Shown piece after piece: positions 18,042 through 29,114 of a DNA stretch of 64,000 nucleotides. A program made the translations under genes and the position numbers. The first letter of the stretch is position 1. Each line of letters opens with the position of its first letter. This DNA comes from an uncultured Chthonomonadaceae bacterium (GTDB taxonomy: Bacteria; Armatimonadota; Chthonomonadetes; Chthonomonadales; CAJBBX01). The notes below the pieces were generated by a model. The model was not told where the DNA came from, did no database searches, and saw nothing but the letters and a program-made list of their open reading frames with translations. The DNA lies in the NCBI GenBank assembly GCA_964429855.1, contig CAYSDM010000012.1, positions 4,203-68,202 on the forward strand, written 5' to 3'.

Positions 18042-20555
18042 ATGCACGATTCTGTTCTCAACCGCCCTCTGCCGAAAGGACTGGAGGGGCTGGCGGAGTT
18101 AGCGATAGATCTACGCTGGTCAGGCAGTCAGCAGACAGACCGCCTCTGGGAGATGCTCGATCCGGAAGCCTGGGAACGCACAACCAATCCTTATATGATC
18201 CTTCAGAATGTATCTCAGGATAGGCTGGAGGAGGCGGCGAACAACAAAGAGTTGAAGGCGGAGTTAGCCTACTGGCTGAAGAAGCGCAAACAGAAGCTGA
18301 CGGAGAAAAGCTGGTTCGAACGGAATTACGGCTCTTCCGGCTTGAAGAAGATCGCCTACTTCAGCATGGAGTTCGGTCTCTCGGAGGCGCTGCCAATCTA
18401 CTCCGGCGGTCTGGGGATTCTGGCGGGCGATCATCTGAAGACCGCCAGCGACCTGGGCATTCCGATGGTCGGAATCGGTCTGCTCTATCAGCAGGGCTAT
18501 TTCCGGCAGACGCTCTCGATGGAGGGCTGGCAGATCGAAGCCTTTCCGTATAACGACCCGACTTGCCTGCCGGTGGCTCCCGTCCAGAACCAGAATGGAG
18601 GGTGGCTGCGCGTCAAGCTGCAGCTTCCGGGACGCACCCTGCTGCTGCGTGTGTGGGAGGCGAGAGTGGGCAGAGTGCCGCTCTACCTGCTGGACAGCAA
18701 CGACCCGCTCAACAGCCCCTGGGATCGCGGTATCACCGCCAATCTCTACTCCATCGGTCAGGAGAGGCGTCTGCTGCAGGAGATCGCGCTGGGCAGCGGC
18801 GGGTGGCGCGTGGTCGAAGCGCTCGGTCTGGACGTGGATGTCTGCCATATGAACGAAGGTCATGCCGCGTTTGTGGTGCTGGCGCGCGCCCTCAGCTTTA
18901 TGCGCAAGCACAACGTCACCTTTGCCGAAGCGTTGCAGGCGACCCGTGCCGGCAATGTCTTCACCACGCATACGCCGGTCGCCGCCGGTTTCGACCGATT
19001 CCCCACGGACCTGATCCGCCGGTTCGCTGATCCGGTTGCGGAGGCGGTCGGAATCTCCACCGAGGAACTGCTCGCGCTGGGACGGCGGAATGCGCATGAC
19101 TACAACGAGCCGGTTAACATGGCGTATCTGGCAATGCATGGAAGCGGCTACGTCAACGCGGTCAGCAAGCTGCACGGTCAGGTCAGTAAGAGGATCTTCT
19201 GTCCGCTCTTTCCCGGCTGGCCCGTCGCGGAGGTTCCGGTGGATGCGGTCACCAACGGCATTCATATTCCGACATGGGACTCGCAGGCTGCCAGCAGTCT
19301 CTGGTCGCAGGCGTGCGGAGAAGACTACTGGCTGGAGGCGTCCGAACACCACTGTCGGCAGCTGGAGGAGATTCCGGACGATAAGCTGTGGGACTATCGC
19401 GCGACCGCGCGCCAGTCGCTGGTGAACTATGTGCGCCGTCGGCTGGTGCGGCAGGTTCAGCAGCAGGGCGCGTCCGTCGAACTGATCCAGCGCGCCCGCC
19501 ATGTTCTCGACCTGAATGCGCTGACCCTGGGTTTTGCCCGTCGATTCGCCGAGTATAAGCGCCCGACCCTGCTGCTGCGCGATCTGGAGCGGCTGGCGCG
19601 GCTGCTCTCCAATCAGGATCGCCCGGTGCAGTTGATTGTAGCGGGGAAAGCGCATCCCGCCGACGAAGAGAGCAAAAAGATGGTGCAGGCGGTGGCGCAG
19701 TTCGCCCGGCGCGACGATATGTTCGACCGGGTGGTCTTCCTCGCCGACTATGATATGACGCTCGCGCAGCATCTGGTGGCAGGGGTAGATGTCTGGCTCA
19801 ACAATCCGCGCCGTCCCTGGGAAGCCAGCGGAACCAGCGGCATGAAGGTGCTGGTTAACGGCGGTCTGAACTTCTCGGAACTGGACGGCTGGTGGGATGA
19901 AGCCTACAGCCCGGAGGTCGGCTGGTCTTTGGGCGACGGACAGGAGCACGATCCTTCCTGGGATGTCTGCGAAGCAGAGATGCTCTATCGCACGCTGGAG
20001 GAACAGATCGTGCCGGAGTTCTATGACCGGGATGAGCAGGGGATTCCGCGCTCCTGGCTGCACCGCATTCGCGCCAGCATGATGCAGTTAACCCCGCAGT
20101 TCAGCAGCAACCGGATGATGCGGGAGTATGTGCAACGCGCCTATCTTCCCGCCTCCGAAGCCTATCAGAAACGCGAGGCGAACAATGGCGAGATTGCCCG
20201 GCAGCTGGTTCAGTGGAAGCGGAAACTAGTAGAGCGTTGGAAAGGGCTGCGAATCTCCGATCTGCGCGTCACGACAGAAGAGGGGATGTGGCACTTCGAG
20301 GCGCACGTCTATCTGGGCGAACTCAGCCCGGATGATGTGCAGGTGCAGCTTTTCAGCGAGCCGGAGGGCGAGGGACATGCTTTCCCGGCGATCATGGAGC
20401 GCAAAGCCCCGATCTCCGGAGCCGTCAACGGGCATCTCTATGCGGCGACAGTGCCGGCAAACCGTCCGCTGGATCACTACACGCCGCGCATCGTTCCTTT
20501 CCATCCGGACATGATCGTGCCGCTGGAGGAGATGCACATCTACTGGCAACACTGA
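18042..20555 (+). CDS. glgP: alpha-glucan (glycogen/maltodextrin) phosphorylase, GT35, DUF3417-type N-terminus
   Basis: GGLGILAGDHLKTASDLGIP, and the PLP-lysine region EASGTSGMKVLVNGG. GGAGG lies 9 nt upstream of the ATG. Confidence 0.93.
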   Translation: MHDSVLNRPLPKGLEGLAELAIDLRWSGSQQTDRLWEMLDPEAWERTTNPYMILQNVSQDRLEEAANNKELKAELAYWLKKRKQKLTEKSWFERNYGSSGLKKIAYFSMEFGLSEALPIYSGGLGILAGDHLKTASDLGIPMVGIGLLYQQGYFRQTLSMEGWQIEAFPYNDPTCLPVAPVQNQNGGWLRVKLQLPGRTLLLRVWEARVGRVPLYLLDSNDPLNSPWDRGITANLYSIGQERRLLQEIALGSGGWRVVEALGLDVDVCHMNEGHAAFVVLARALSFMRKHNVTFAEALQATRAGNVFTTHTPVAAGFDRFPTDLIRRFADPVAEAVGISTEELLALGRRNAHDYNEPVNMAYLAMHGSGYVNAVSKLHGQVSKRIFCPLFPGWPVAEVPVDAVTNGIHIPTWDSQAASSLWSQACGEDYWLEASEHHCRQLEEIPDDKLWDYRATARQSLVNYVRRRLVRQVQQQGASVELIQRARHVLDLNALTLGFARRFAEYKRPTLLLRDLERLARLLSNQDRPVQLIVAGKAHPADEESKKMVQAVAQFARRDDMFDRVVFLADYDMTLAQHLVAGVDVWLNNPRRPWEASGTSGMKVLVNGGLNFSELDGWWDEAYSPEVGWSLGDGQEHDPSWDVCEAEMLYRTLEEQIVPEFYDRDEQGIPRSWLHRIRASMMQLTPQFSSNRMMREYVQRAYLPASEAYQKREANNGEIARQLVQWKRKLVERWKGLRISDLRVTTEEGMWHFEAHVYLGELSPDDVQVQLFSEPEGEGHAFPAIMERKAPISGAVNGHLYAATVPANRPLDHYTPRIVPFHPDMIVPLEEMHIYWQH

Positions 20556-20571
20556 CGCCACAGAAGAACGG

Positions 20572-20606
20572 ACGGCGGGGAAGTAGACTCATCCCCGCCG
20601 TTTCTT
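20572..20606. terminator. hairpin terminator between convergent genes
   Basis: 10-bp perfect stem acggcgggga (20572-20581) with tccccgccgt (20592-20601), followed by ttctt. It lies between the glgP stop (20555) and the stop of the minus-strand gene (20677). Confidence 0.65.
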
Positions 20607-20676
20607 ATGGGTTACAGATGCTGCCAGCCTGTGCCGATTCGGTTCGGGCAGGAGGCGCTGGGGGAGAGCGGCGGTT

Positions 20677-22986
20677 TTACCGCTTTATCAGCCAGACCTC
20701 CGTCAGCCGGGACTGGAAGCGCCAGTTCAGATGCGGCTCGAAGGTGGGATCGAAGGTGAGGGTGATAACGCCGTCGCGATAGAGACCGCGCGGGATGGGA
20801 AACTCCTTGATCTCGCCGATCTGCCTGCCGTCGAGCGTCGGGGCGACTCGCGCTCCGTTCACGCGCAGGAGGCAGTCCCCGCAGCCGGTCGTCCGCACCA
20901 GATAGTCTGCGCGGGGATCAATCGCGGGGTAGACGATGGCGGCGGGCCAGGCTTCGTCGGTCATCCAGGACTGCCGCGCGCGCGCCAGCGGGTGTCTGTC
21001 TACCCACCACATGACGCCGGGCAGCGGCGTGTGATCCATATCCAGCAGGGGACCCGCCGGTTTTTCGCAGCGGACGACGCGGGGCGACTTTGCGATATTG
21101 CCGATATCATCGTAGAAGCAGCCGGGACCGGGATTCTCCCAGCGCGCCAGCGCCTCCAGCCGCGCGATCCTCTCCTCCTCCGAATCCATCTCGCCCGCCT
21201 TCGCCAGTTCATCCTCCAGCCACCAGCGATTATTGAGCGGGTAGCGCAGAAAGTCGAGAACCGCTCCGCGCTCCAGACCGCTCGCCTGAAACCGCTCCAT
21301 GCTGGTCTGCAGACCGATGGACTGAAACAGGTCTTCGCATAGCCGCGTGATTCGGTCGGCAAGCTCCGGGCGCGTCGGGTGTGTGTCGGCGCGCCGGAGC
21401 GTCTGAAGCGCGGCGTGGATCGCCTGTTCCGCGCCGATTTGACGGGCGGCAAGCAGCTTCTCGTTCGCCTCCGACTCCAGCTTGGTTTCGTAGAGCAGCC
21501 GCTGCCGCGTGTACCGATCGTAACAGGCGCGCAAGAGACACATCTGCCATCGCCAGTTATCCCGCAGGTCGGGAGCCTTGCGATCCAGCGCCTCCCAGAA
21601 GGCGAAGGTCGCCTCCACGCCGCCATTGGTCGCCAGCGCGCCCTCCCAGTTGCGCTCCAGCGCCAGTATCCCGTCGCAAGCCTCCTCTGCGACCTCATGC
21701 CCGAAAAAGACCCGGCTGTACTCCGTCAGAATCTCGCGGATATCGGCGTCCGGGTTCCATGTCAGCGCACTCCAGACGATCTTATTGACATCATCGTGAA
21801 CGCCGTCCGAATAGCTGATAAAGCCGTCGGTGAAAGGAGCCGTGTCCCGAATGGCGCGCGCAAAGAAGAGAGGGCGCGGATTGACGCACTCGCGCCCCAG
21901 CGTGAAGGCGAAGGCGGGGTCCCAGCAGGGAACCGGAAACTGGCAGCGCACGCTGTGGGTGATGTCCGGGTAGTCGCGTATCCCGTAGGGCTGCGGCAGC
22001 CGGGCGCGCATCTCCGGCAGCGGCGGGCTGGACGGACCCGCCGCCAGTCCGCCGAACCAGTCCGGTCGCTCCTCCTCGATCCACTGATAGACTCGATCCT
22101 GTTCCGCGCCCTGAAAGCCCTGCATGGAGAGCCATATCCGGGCATTCGGATGGCAGGCGCGGAGAAGGCGGCTCATCTCCTTCATGTAGGCGATGACCAG
22201 TTCGGCAGGATTATCGCCGGGATCGCCTCCCGGCACGAAAATGCCCGACAGCGTGGGGCAGTCGCGAAACAGCGCCTCATGTTCCCGCAGCGCCGCCTCG
22301 CGCTGATTCGTATCCCGCATGTCGAAGTCCGCCGGAACCCATACCCAGTAGTCCTGACCGTATCGCTGGCAGATATGGCTGAGGTCTATATTCATCTGAC
22401 TGCGCGGATAGGGACTGACGGTTGGACGGGTGTCCTGAAACGGGATATTTTCGATGCTGTTGGAGCCGAAGATCGCCAGTTCGCGGATATACCGCTCGTA
22501 CTGCGCGGGCGACCAGGCGTCATAGGAGTTGGCGGTGGCGCGATAGCCCATCTGATGACCGCGTATCGGATAGCGGGGCGCAGAGACGAGATTCAGAGGC
22601 GCAGTCAACCGAACGCTTCCCGGTCGGCAGATCAGGTTTCGCAGAACGCGACCAACCCCGAACAGCGCGCCTCTCGGATCGCTGCCCAGAATCCAGAGAA
22701 CGGGACGCTCCGGCTGCGAACGGTCCGTCCGAATGGCGTAGCTCTCCGTCGTCTCTGCGCGCATCCCATCTGGAATGGGGATCCCGTGCAGCACAGGCTC
22801 CCTTCCCGAAAAGAGAGCGACCGACCAGCCCTGCGTAGACCACTCCGTTCCGACGCGCCATCTCACGCCGGAGCGTCTCTCGATCTCCTCCAGAAGAACA
22901 TCGGCGGCGGTGCGCTCCACGAGCGGCGCATCTTCGCGAACGACCAGCGTCGCCGTCGTCATATCCAGACTGTCCTGTGTCTGCAT
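20677..22986 (-). CDS. putative glycoside hydrolase, family not securely recognised (GH20/GH67-like N-domain then barrel-like region)
   Basis: This is the real part of track ORF 20677-24315. From MQTQDSLDMTTATLVVREDAPLVE the composition is protein-like (SYAIRTD..., YPIRGHQMGY, SIENIPFQD). The upstream 443 codons are Arg/Gly-rich and run antisense to the PSCyt gene. No signal peptide is evident. Confidence 0.6.
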   Translation of the reverse strand: MQTQDSLDMTTATLVVREDAPLVERTAADVLLEEIERRSGVRWRVGTEWSTQGWSVALFSGREPVLHGIPIPDGMRAETTESYAIRTDRSQPERPVLWILGSDPRGALFGVGRVLRNLICRPGSVRLTAPLNLVSAPRYPIRGHQMGYRATANSYDAWSPAQYERYIRELAIFGSNSIENIPFQDTRPTVSPYPRSQMNIDLSHICQRYGQDYWVWVPADFDMRDTNQREAALREHEALFRDCPTLSGIFVPGGDPGDNPAELVIAYMKEMSRLLRACHPNARIWLSMQGFQGAEQDRVYQWIEEERPDWFGGLAAGPSSPPLPEMRARLPQPYGIRDYPDITHSVRCQFPVPCWDPAFAFTLGRECVNPRPLFFARAIRDTAPFTDGFISYSDGVHDDVNKIVWSALTWNPDADIREILTEYSRVFFGHEVAEEACDGILALERNWEGALATNGGVEATFAFWEALDRKAPDLRDNWRWQMCLLRACYDRYTRQRLLYETKLESEANEKLLAARQIGAEQAIHAALQTLRRADTHPTRPELADRITRLCEDLFQSIGLQTSMERFQASGLERGAVLDFLRYPLNNRWWLEDELAKAGEMDSEEERIARLEALARWENPGPGCFYDDIGNIAKSPRVVRCEKPAGPLLDMDHTPLPGVMWWVDRHPLARARQSWMTDEAWPAAIVYPAIDPRADYLVRTTGCGDCLLRVNGARVAPTLDGRQIGEIKEFPIPRGLYRDGVITLTFDPTFEPHLNWRFQSRLTEVWLIKR

Positions 22987-23271
22987 CTCAGCCTCTCTAT
23001 CCGTCTCTCGCGGGATGGTTTCGGGTTTGCCCGCCCTTGCGCGGTTCCGGCGCACGCGAGGGGAGAGACGCGAGCATCTATTTGTGGCTCTGTTCTCCGA
23101 GTGGAGGAGACAGTCCTGCCGTTTTGTGTGTGTGCGGCGGGAGAAGACTGTATTCGCATCCATCTCCCGAACATCGAAACGAAGGTGGCGAAGAGAGGAG
23201 GAAGGAGGAGGCGCAGGGCGAAGAGAATCCTGAAAGAGATTCATCACTACCTTCGGAGAGATGCAAGCGTT

Positions 23272-26200
23272 ATGAAAACCCCGATGACTCCGCCTTCCCG
23301 TCTGCACTCGCCCCGAACCGCTCTGATGCTCTGCCTGCTGTTGACCATGCTGCTGCCGGTCGCCGCACAGCAGAGGCGCGCCGTTCGCCCGGCGAAGCTG
23401 CAGTTCAACCGCGACATTCGCCCGATCCTGTCGGAAAACTGTTTTCCCTGTCATGGACCCGACAGAAACACCCTGAAGGCGAACCTGCGCCTCGATATTC
23501 GCGAGTCGGCGGTGCAGCGCGGAGCGATTGTTCCGGGCAGACCGGCGAAGAGCGGGCTGGCGGCGCGCATCCAGACGAAAAATCCCGGACTTATTATGCC
23601 GCCTCTCGCCTCGCATAAGAAGCTGACCCCGGCGCAAAAGAGTCTGCTGACGCGCTGGATAGAAGAGGGCGCGGAGTATCAGGCGCACTGGGCTTATCTT
23701 GCTCCTCGCCGTCCCGCGCTGCCCTCCGCGCGCGCCTCGCGCACTCCTCCCGACAATCCGATTGATCGTTTTATCTTTGCGCGGTTGGAGCAGAAGGGGC
23801 TGAAGCCCTCGCCTCTGGCGGATCGCCGCACGCTGATCCGGCGTCTCTCCCTTGATCTGATTGGCTTGCCTCCGACGCCGCAGGAGGTCGCCGCGTTTGT
23901 GGCGGATCGTTCTCCCAACGCCTATGAGAGGCTGGTGGATCGGCTGCTGGCATCGCCGCACTACGGGGAGCGGATGGCGGTTCCCTGGCTGGACGTGGTG
24001 CGCTATGCCGATACCGTCGGGTTTCATGGCGATCAGAACCAGAACGCCTGGGCATACCGCGACTATGTGATCTCCTCCTTTAATCAGAATAAACCCTTTG
24101 ACCGGTTTACCCGGGAGCAGATTGCAGGCGACCTGCTGCCCGACGCCACCCCGGAGACGCGCACCGCAACCTGCTTCCTCCGGCTGAATATGATGACCCG
24201 TGAGGGCGGCGCGCAGCCGAAAGAGTATCTTGCCAAATACTCCGCCGACCGCGTTCGCACCGTCGGCATGGCGTGGCTTGGCTCGACCCTTGCCTGTGCC
24301 GAGTGCCACGACCACAAGTACGACCCCTTCACCCAGAAAGACTTCTATTCGCTGGCGGCTTTCTTCGCCGATGTGAAGCAGTGGGGTGTCTATGCCGACT
24401 ACGGCTATACGCCTAACCCCGATCTGCGCGGCTATGATAACGACTCGCCGTTCCCGCCGGAGATTTTTGTCGAAAGCCGCTACCTGAAACAGCGCATCGA
24501 GCAGCAGCGGCGACGATTCGCGCAGATTGCCGAAAAGACCGAATCGCTTCTACAGACCGATTCCGCGCGCGAGGCGTACTCTCGCTGGCGCGGGCAGGGC
24601 GAAGCGTTTCTCACGAAGTACCCGCAGGGCTGGCAGACGCCGTCAGATCCACAGGTAACGGTCGCCAGGACGAAGACGCCTCCCGGCTATCGGATCGAGC
24701 CGGACGGCAGCATCCTCTTCACGGAACGGGCTCCCGCAGACGCAGCCATTACGCTGACGCCCCAGACCGAATGGATCGCGGCGCTGCGTCTGGAACTGCT
24801 GCCGCATACCGAACATAACGGCTCGCTCTTTCGACCGGGCAGCGAGGGCGGATACCTCTCTCTCTCCGCATCGGTGCTGCGCGCCGATGGCAAGACGGAG
24901 AATGTCGCTTTTCGCCATGCTGAAGCTAACCACTACCTGCCGCGTTATGCCAGCAGTTTCGAGATTATCGGCGTGCAGAGCGGATGGAAACTCTCCTCCG
25001 CGCATGCGAAGGAGCCGAATGTCGCGGTCTGGTTCCCCGCGACTCCTCTGCGGCTTCAGCCGGGCGAGACGCTGACGGTGAAGCTGCCCGGTCTTCGCGC
25101 AGGCTGCGTGCGTCTCTCCGTCTCTCCTTTTCCGCTTGACCATCCGGCTTTTTTGATGACTCCGGAGTCGCTTGCCGATGCGATGCGGACACCGAACGCG
25201 CTGACCGCACAAGCCTATCTGCTCGGAACCGCCTGGAATGCGGAGGCCTTTGCGCAGGCTCGCGAACAGGAGAACGACATTCTGGGATGCCGGAAGGGGA
25301 TCACGCCCGTGATGGTGGCGGTCTCCACAACCCCGCTGATAACCCGTGTGCTTCCGCGCGGCAACTGGCAGGACGAGAGCGGTCCGGTGGTACAGCCCGC
25401 AACGCCGCATTTCCTGCCGGGAAACCGGCCGGCGAACGGCAGGCGGCTGACCCGGCTCGATCTGGCAGACTGGCTGGTTTCGCCGGAGAATCCGTTGACG
25501 GCGCGCGTCTTCATGAACCGTCTCTGGAGACAGTTTTTCGGGAGCGGATTGAGCGCGCAGGTGGAGGATGTCGGGGCGCAGGGCGAATGGCCCTCTCATC
25601 CCGAACTGCTCGACTGGCTGGCGGTGGAGTTTCGCGAAAGCAGGTGGAACGTCAAGCGTATGGTCAGGATGATCGTCCTGTCGCACGCCTACCGGCAGTC
25701 CTCCCGTCTCGATCCGAAGCTGCGCGACCTCGACCCGAATAACCGGCTGCTCTCCAGCCAGAACCCGCGAAGACTGGAGGCGGAGTTTGTGCGCGATAAC
25801 GCGCTTGCCATCGTCGGGCTGCTGAATCGCGATCTTGGCGGCCCTCCCTGCAAGCCCTATCAGCCGCCCGGCTACTACGCTAATCTCCAGTTTCCGGATC
25901 GCGACTATATCGCCAGCCGGGATGATCAGCAGTGGCGGCGCGGAGTCTATATGCACTGGCAGCGAACCTTCCTGCATCCGATGCTGGCGAACTTCGACGC
26001 GCCCTCTCGCGAGGACTGTATCGCGATTCGCACCGCCGCCAACACTCCCCAGCAGGCGCTTACTCTCCTGAACGATCCCACCTTCGTCGAAGCGGCGAGG
26101 GTCTTCGCCGTCCGCCTGCTATCCGAACCGGTTTCCGGCGATGAGGCGCGGCTGGAACGCGCCTTTCAGCTTGCTCTGGGGCGTTCTGTGAAGCCCAAAG

Positions 26201-26391
26201 AGAGGCAGTCGCTTCTTGCCTTTCTGGCAAAGATAAGACCCATCTACCGGGAGAGACCGGAGGACACGAAAAAGCTGCTGACGCTCGGTTATGCGCCCGC
26301 CCCGACCGATTCAGACCCGGTGGAACTGGCGGCATGGACGAGCGTCTGCCGTGTCGTTCTGAATCTGCACGAGACCATTACCCGCTACTGA
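23272..26391 (+). CDS. PSCyt1 (CxxCH) - DUF1549 - DUF1553 protein
   Basis: This is the real part of track ORF 21379-26391. It has a signal peptide MKTPMTPPSRLHSPRTALMLCLLLTMLLPVAAQ and a heme motif CFPCH at 23440-23454. DUF1549 motif: DNPIDRFIFARLEQKGLKPSP..LIRRLSLDLIGLPPT. DUF1553 motif: CAECHDHKYDPFTQKDFYSLAAFF. Confidence 0.9.
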   Translation: MKTPMTPPSRLHSPRTALMLCLLLTMLLPVAAQQRRAVRPAKLQFNRDIRPILSENCFPCHGPDRNTLKANLRLDIRESAVQRGAIVPGRPAKSGLAARIQTKNPGLIMPPLASHKKLTPAQKSLLTRWIEEGAEYQAHWAYLAPRRPALPSARASRTPPDNPIDRFIFARLEQKGLKPSPLADRRTLIRRLSLDLIGLPPTPQEVAAFVADRSPNAYERLVDRLLASPHYGERMAVPWLDVVRYADTVGFHGDQNQNAWAYRDYVISSFNQNKPFDRFTREQIAGDLLPDATPETRTATCFLRLNMMTREGGAQPKEYLAKYSADRVRTVGMAWLGSTLACAECHDHKYDPFTQKDFYSLAAFFADVKQWGVYADYGYTPNPDLRGYDNDSPFPPEIFVESRYLKQRIEQQRRRFAQIAEKTESLLQTDSAREAYSRWRGQGEAFLTKYPQGWQTPSDPQVTVARTKTPPGYRIEPDGSILFTERAPADAAITLTPQTEWIAALRLELLPHTEHNGSLFRPGSEGGYLSLSASVLRADGKTENVAFRHAEANHYLPRYASSFEIIGVQSGWKLSSAHAKEPNVAVWFPATPLRLQPGETLTVKLPGLRAGCVRLSVSPFPLDHPAFLMTPESLADAMRTPNALTAQAYLLGTAWNAEAFAQAREQENDILGCRKGITPVMVAVSTTPLITRVLPRGNWQDESGPVVQPATPHFLPGNRPANGRRLTRLDLADWLVSPENPLTARVFMNRLWRQFFGSGLSAQVEDVGAQGEWPSHPELLDWLAVEFRESRWNVKRMVRMIVLSHAYRQSSRLDPKLRDLDPNNRLLSSQNPRRLEAEFVRDNALAIVGLLNRDLGGPPCKPYQPPGYYANLQFPDRDYIASRDDQQWRRGVYMHWQRTFLHPMLANFDAPSREDCIAIRTAANTPQQALTLLNDPTFVEAARVFAVRLLSEPVSGDEARLERAFQLALGRSVKPKERQSLLAFLAKIRPIYRERPEDTKKLLTLGYAPAPTDSDPVELAAWTSVCRVVLNLHETITRY

Positions 26392-26403
26392 GGAGAACCG
26401 ACG

Positions 26404-27852
26404 ATGAGCCATCCTTTTGACTCGAACGCCTTTGCGCAGAGCGTCAGCCGCCGCGCCTTTCTGCAGCGCTCCGCTTACGGGCTGGGAAGCCTGGCGCTGG
26501 GAATGCTGATCGGGGATCCGGCGCAGTCTCAGAGCCGCCGCTCCTCCGAGGGAATGCGGGGCGTGATCCGCGCGCCGCACTTTCCGGTTAAGGTGAAGCG
26601 GGTGATCCATCTGTGTATGGCGGGCGGACCGTCGCAGTTTGAGTGCCTGGACAATAAGCCGAAACTGCGCGAAATGCATGGCAAACCGTTCCCGGAGTCG
26701 CTGACGAAGGGACAACAGCTTGCGCAGCTTCAGAACTCGCAACTGATGGCGCGAGGCTCCGCCATTCCGTTCAAGCGGTGGGGGAAGTCCGGGCAGGAGA
26801 TCGCCGAAATCTTCCCGCAGATCGGCGGACTCGCCGACGAGATATGCATCATCCGCTCGATGGTCACCGAGCAGATCAATCACGATCCGGCGCAGGCGTT
26901 TATGAACTCAGGCTCCATTCTCAAAGGGCGTCCCAGCATGGGGTCCTGGCTGCTCTACGGGCTTGGCGCGGAGACGCAGAACCTGCCCGGATTCGTGGTG
27001 ATGGTTTCGCAGGGGCGGGGCGGAGGAGCGCAGCCGGTCTCGGCGCGGCAGTGGTCGAGCGGGTTTCTGCCGGGAAGGTATCAGGGCGTGCAGTTTCAGA
27101 CTCGCGGGGATGCGGTTCACTATGTAGGAAACCCGGAAGGAGTCTGCCAGAGCGCGCAAAGGCTGGTCGTGGAGGAGATCAAACGCCTGAACGGGGCGCT
27201 GGCGGAGGATCGCTTCGACCCGGAGATTCAGACGCGCATCGCGCAGTATGAACTGGCATTCCGCATGCAGACCAGCATTCCTGAACTGACCGATCTCTCC
27301 CGCGAATCGAAGCAGATGCTGGAGATGTACGGCGTCAAGCAGCCTGGCGACGGCAGCTTCGCCTCCAACTGCCTGCTGGCGCGGCGGCTGGCGGAGCGCG
27401 GCGTCCGATTTATTCAACTCTACCATCGCGCCTGGGATCATCACGGCGATATTGACCGCAACATGCCCATCTCCGCGCAGGAGACAGACGGACCCTGCGC
27501 CGCCCTGATCAAAGACCTGAAACAGCGCGGGATGCTGGACGATACGCTGATCATCTGGGGCGGCGAGTTCGGGCGCACGCCGATGGGGCAGGGCAGCGGT
27601 CGCGACCATCACATTCTTTCGTTTTCGATCTGGCTGGCAGGAGGCGGCATCAAGGGAGGCATTACCTACGGAGCTACCGACGAATTCGGGTATCGGTCAG
27701 TCGAGAATGTTGTTACCATGCATAACCTGCACGCGACGATGCTCTATCTGTGCGGCATTGATCATGAGCGATTCAGCGTGAAGTTTCAGGGACTGGACGC
27801 GCGCCTGACCGGAGTGGAGCCTACCCGCGTGATCCAGGAGATTCTGGCATAG
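26404..27852 (+). CDS. DUF1501 (sulfatase-fold) protein with twin-arginine signal
   Basis: TAT-like [22 protein letters not shown]1501 signatures [29 protein letters not shown] and GRDHH. Starts 12 nt after the PSCyt gene. Confidence 0.9.
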   Translation: MSHPFDSNAFAQSVSRRAFLQRSAYGLGSLALGMLIGDPAQSQSRRSSEGMRGVIRAPHFPVKVKRVIHLCMAGGPSQFECLDNKPKLREMHGKPFPESLTKGQQLAQLQNSQLMARGSAIPFKRWGKSGQEIAEIFPQIGGLADEICIIRSMVTEQINHDPAQAFMNSGSILKGRPSMGSWLLYGLGAETQNLPGFVVMVSQGRGGGAQPVSARQWSSGFLPGRYQGVQFQTRGDAVHYVGNPEGVCQSAQRLVVEEIKRLNGALAEDRFDPEIQTRIAQYELAFRMQTSIPELTDLSRESKQMLEMYGVKQPGDGSFASNCLLARRLAERGVRFIQLYHRAWDHHGDIDRNMPISAQETDGPCAALIKDLKQRGMLDDTLIIWGGEFGRTPMGQGSGRDHHILSFSIWLAGGGIKGGITYGATDEFGYRSVENVVTMHNLHATMLYLCGIDHERFSVKFQGLDARLTGVEPTRVIQEILA

Positions 27853-27865
27853 AGGAGAGATAGAG

Positions 27866-29083
27866 ATGACACCGCGTGAACGGGTTCTCCGCGCGCTTCA
27901 TTTTGAGGAGACCGACCGCGTGCCGCGCGATCTGGGCGCTATGCGCTCTACCGGGATCAGCGCATTCGCCTATCCGAAACTGGTGGAGGCGCTGGGGCTT
28001 CCTCCGCGTAGACCCCGGGTGCATGACACCGGACAGATGCTGGCGCTGCCGGATCGGGATGTGCTGGACGCGCTCGGCTGCGATGTGGTTACCATAGATG
28101 GCGGCGTGACCAACGCCTTCGAGGAGCCAGAGAAGTGGCATGACTACGATTTTGGCGGGCGGCTTCCGGCGCGGGTGCTGAGTCCGGAGGCGTTTGAGGC
28201 GCAGCCGGACGGGAGCGTGGTGCAGTGGAAGAGCCTGCGAATGCCCCCGACCTCCTACGTCTTCAATTCCGACCACAGCGGGCAGCCTCTCCTTGACCTC
28301 GATCAACCGCTTCCATTGCTTGACCTTAAGCAGTTTGCGAAAGACATCCAGGCGAACCCTATTACCGATGAGCAGATCAAGCGTACCGCCGATCTTGTCC
28401 GTCGGGTGCGTGAATCCACCGACCGCGCCGTCTTCTTCACCGACTTTTGCGGCTCCGGGCTGGGAATTGGCGGCTACTGCGGCATCGGCATCTTTCCCAT
28501 CATCTGCAAGCTGGAGCCGGAATTTGTACACGAATACCATGAACTTACCATCGAGCGCGCCATTCGGAACGTGCGCGCCATTCTGCCGGAGGTGCGCGAC
28601 TGCGTGGACATCATCATGACCACCGCGGACGACTGGGGAACGCAGAAGACCCTGATCGCCTCCCCGGAAACCTATCGAACGCTCTTCCTGCCCTACTACC
28701 GACGGCTGAATGACGAGGTGCATCGGCTGGTTCCCGGCGTCAAGATTTTCATGCATAACTGCGGCGCGATCTATGATCTGCTGGATATGATCGTGGAGAG
28801 CGGTTTCGATATTATCAACCCGATCCAGTGGCCCGCAGGCGGGCATACCTTTATGGAGTGGAAGGATCGCCTGCGCTGCCGGGCGACGATGTGGGGAGGA
28901 GGCGTGAACACGCAGCAGACCCTGACGCTGGGAACGTTGGAAGAGGTCGAGTGCGAGGTGGAGCGGGTGGTGCGTTACTGCAAACAGGACGGCGGCTACG
29001 TTTTCAACAACGTTCATAATCTGCTGGCGGAGGTTCCCCCGGAGAAGGTGATCGCCATGTATCGGGTGGCGGGAAGCGTATAG
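27866..29083 (+). CDS. uroporphyrinogen decarboxylase (URO-D) family protein, MtaA/CmuA-like
   Basis: N-terminus MTPRERVLRALHFEETDRVPRD and C-terminus DIINPIQW...GGYVFNNVHNLLAEVPPEKVIAMY, both typical of the URO-D-like fold. GAGGAGAGA RBS. Confidence 0.8.
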   Translation: MTPRERVLRALHFEETDRVPRDLGAMRSTGISAFAYPKLVEALGLPPRRPRVHDTGQMLALPDRDVLDALGCDVVTIDGGVTNAFEEPEKWHDYDFGGRLPARVLSPEAFEAQPDGSVVQWKSLRMPPTSYVFNSDHSGQPLLDLDQPLPLLDLKQFAKDIQANPITDEQIKRTADLVRRVRESTDRAVFFTDFCGSGLGIGGYCGIGIFPIICKLEPEFVHEYHELTIERAIRNVRAILPEVRDCVDIIMTTADDWGTQKTLIASPETYRTLFLPYYRRLNDEVHRLVPGVKIFMHNCGAIYDLLDMIVESGFDIINPIQWPAGGHTFMEWKDRLRCRATMWGGGVNTQQTLTLGTLEEVECEVERVVRYCKQDGGYVFNNVHNLLAEVPPEKVIAMYRVAGSV

Positions 29084-29114
29084 CGGGACGCATTTAGATG
29101 AAGCGAGGAGAGAT

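Noticed and set aside
22987-23271. Searched the 285-bp divergent region, including the purine tract gaggaggaaggaggagg, for promoters or a riboswitch
   Set aside because: I found no convincing -35/-10 pair and no known RNA motif. The purine tract may simply be SD-like sequence. I left it unannotated.
20677-26391. Track ORFs 20677-24315 (1212 aa, minus) and 21379-26391 (1670 aa, plus) overlap each other by about 3 kb
   Set aside because: Only the distal part of each is protein-like. The N-terminal extensions run antisense through the neighbouring real gene and across the 285-bp intergenic region. I trimmed them to 20677-22986 and 23272-26391 on the basis of signal peptide, motif onset and composition.
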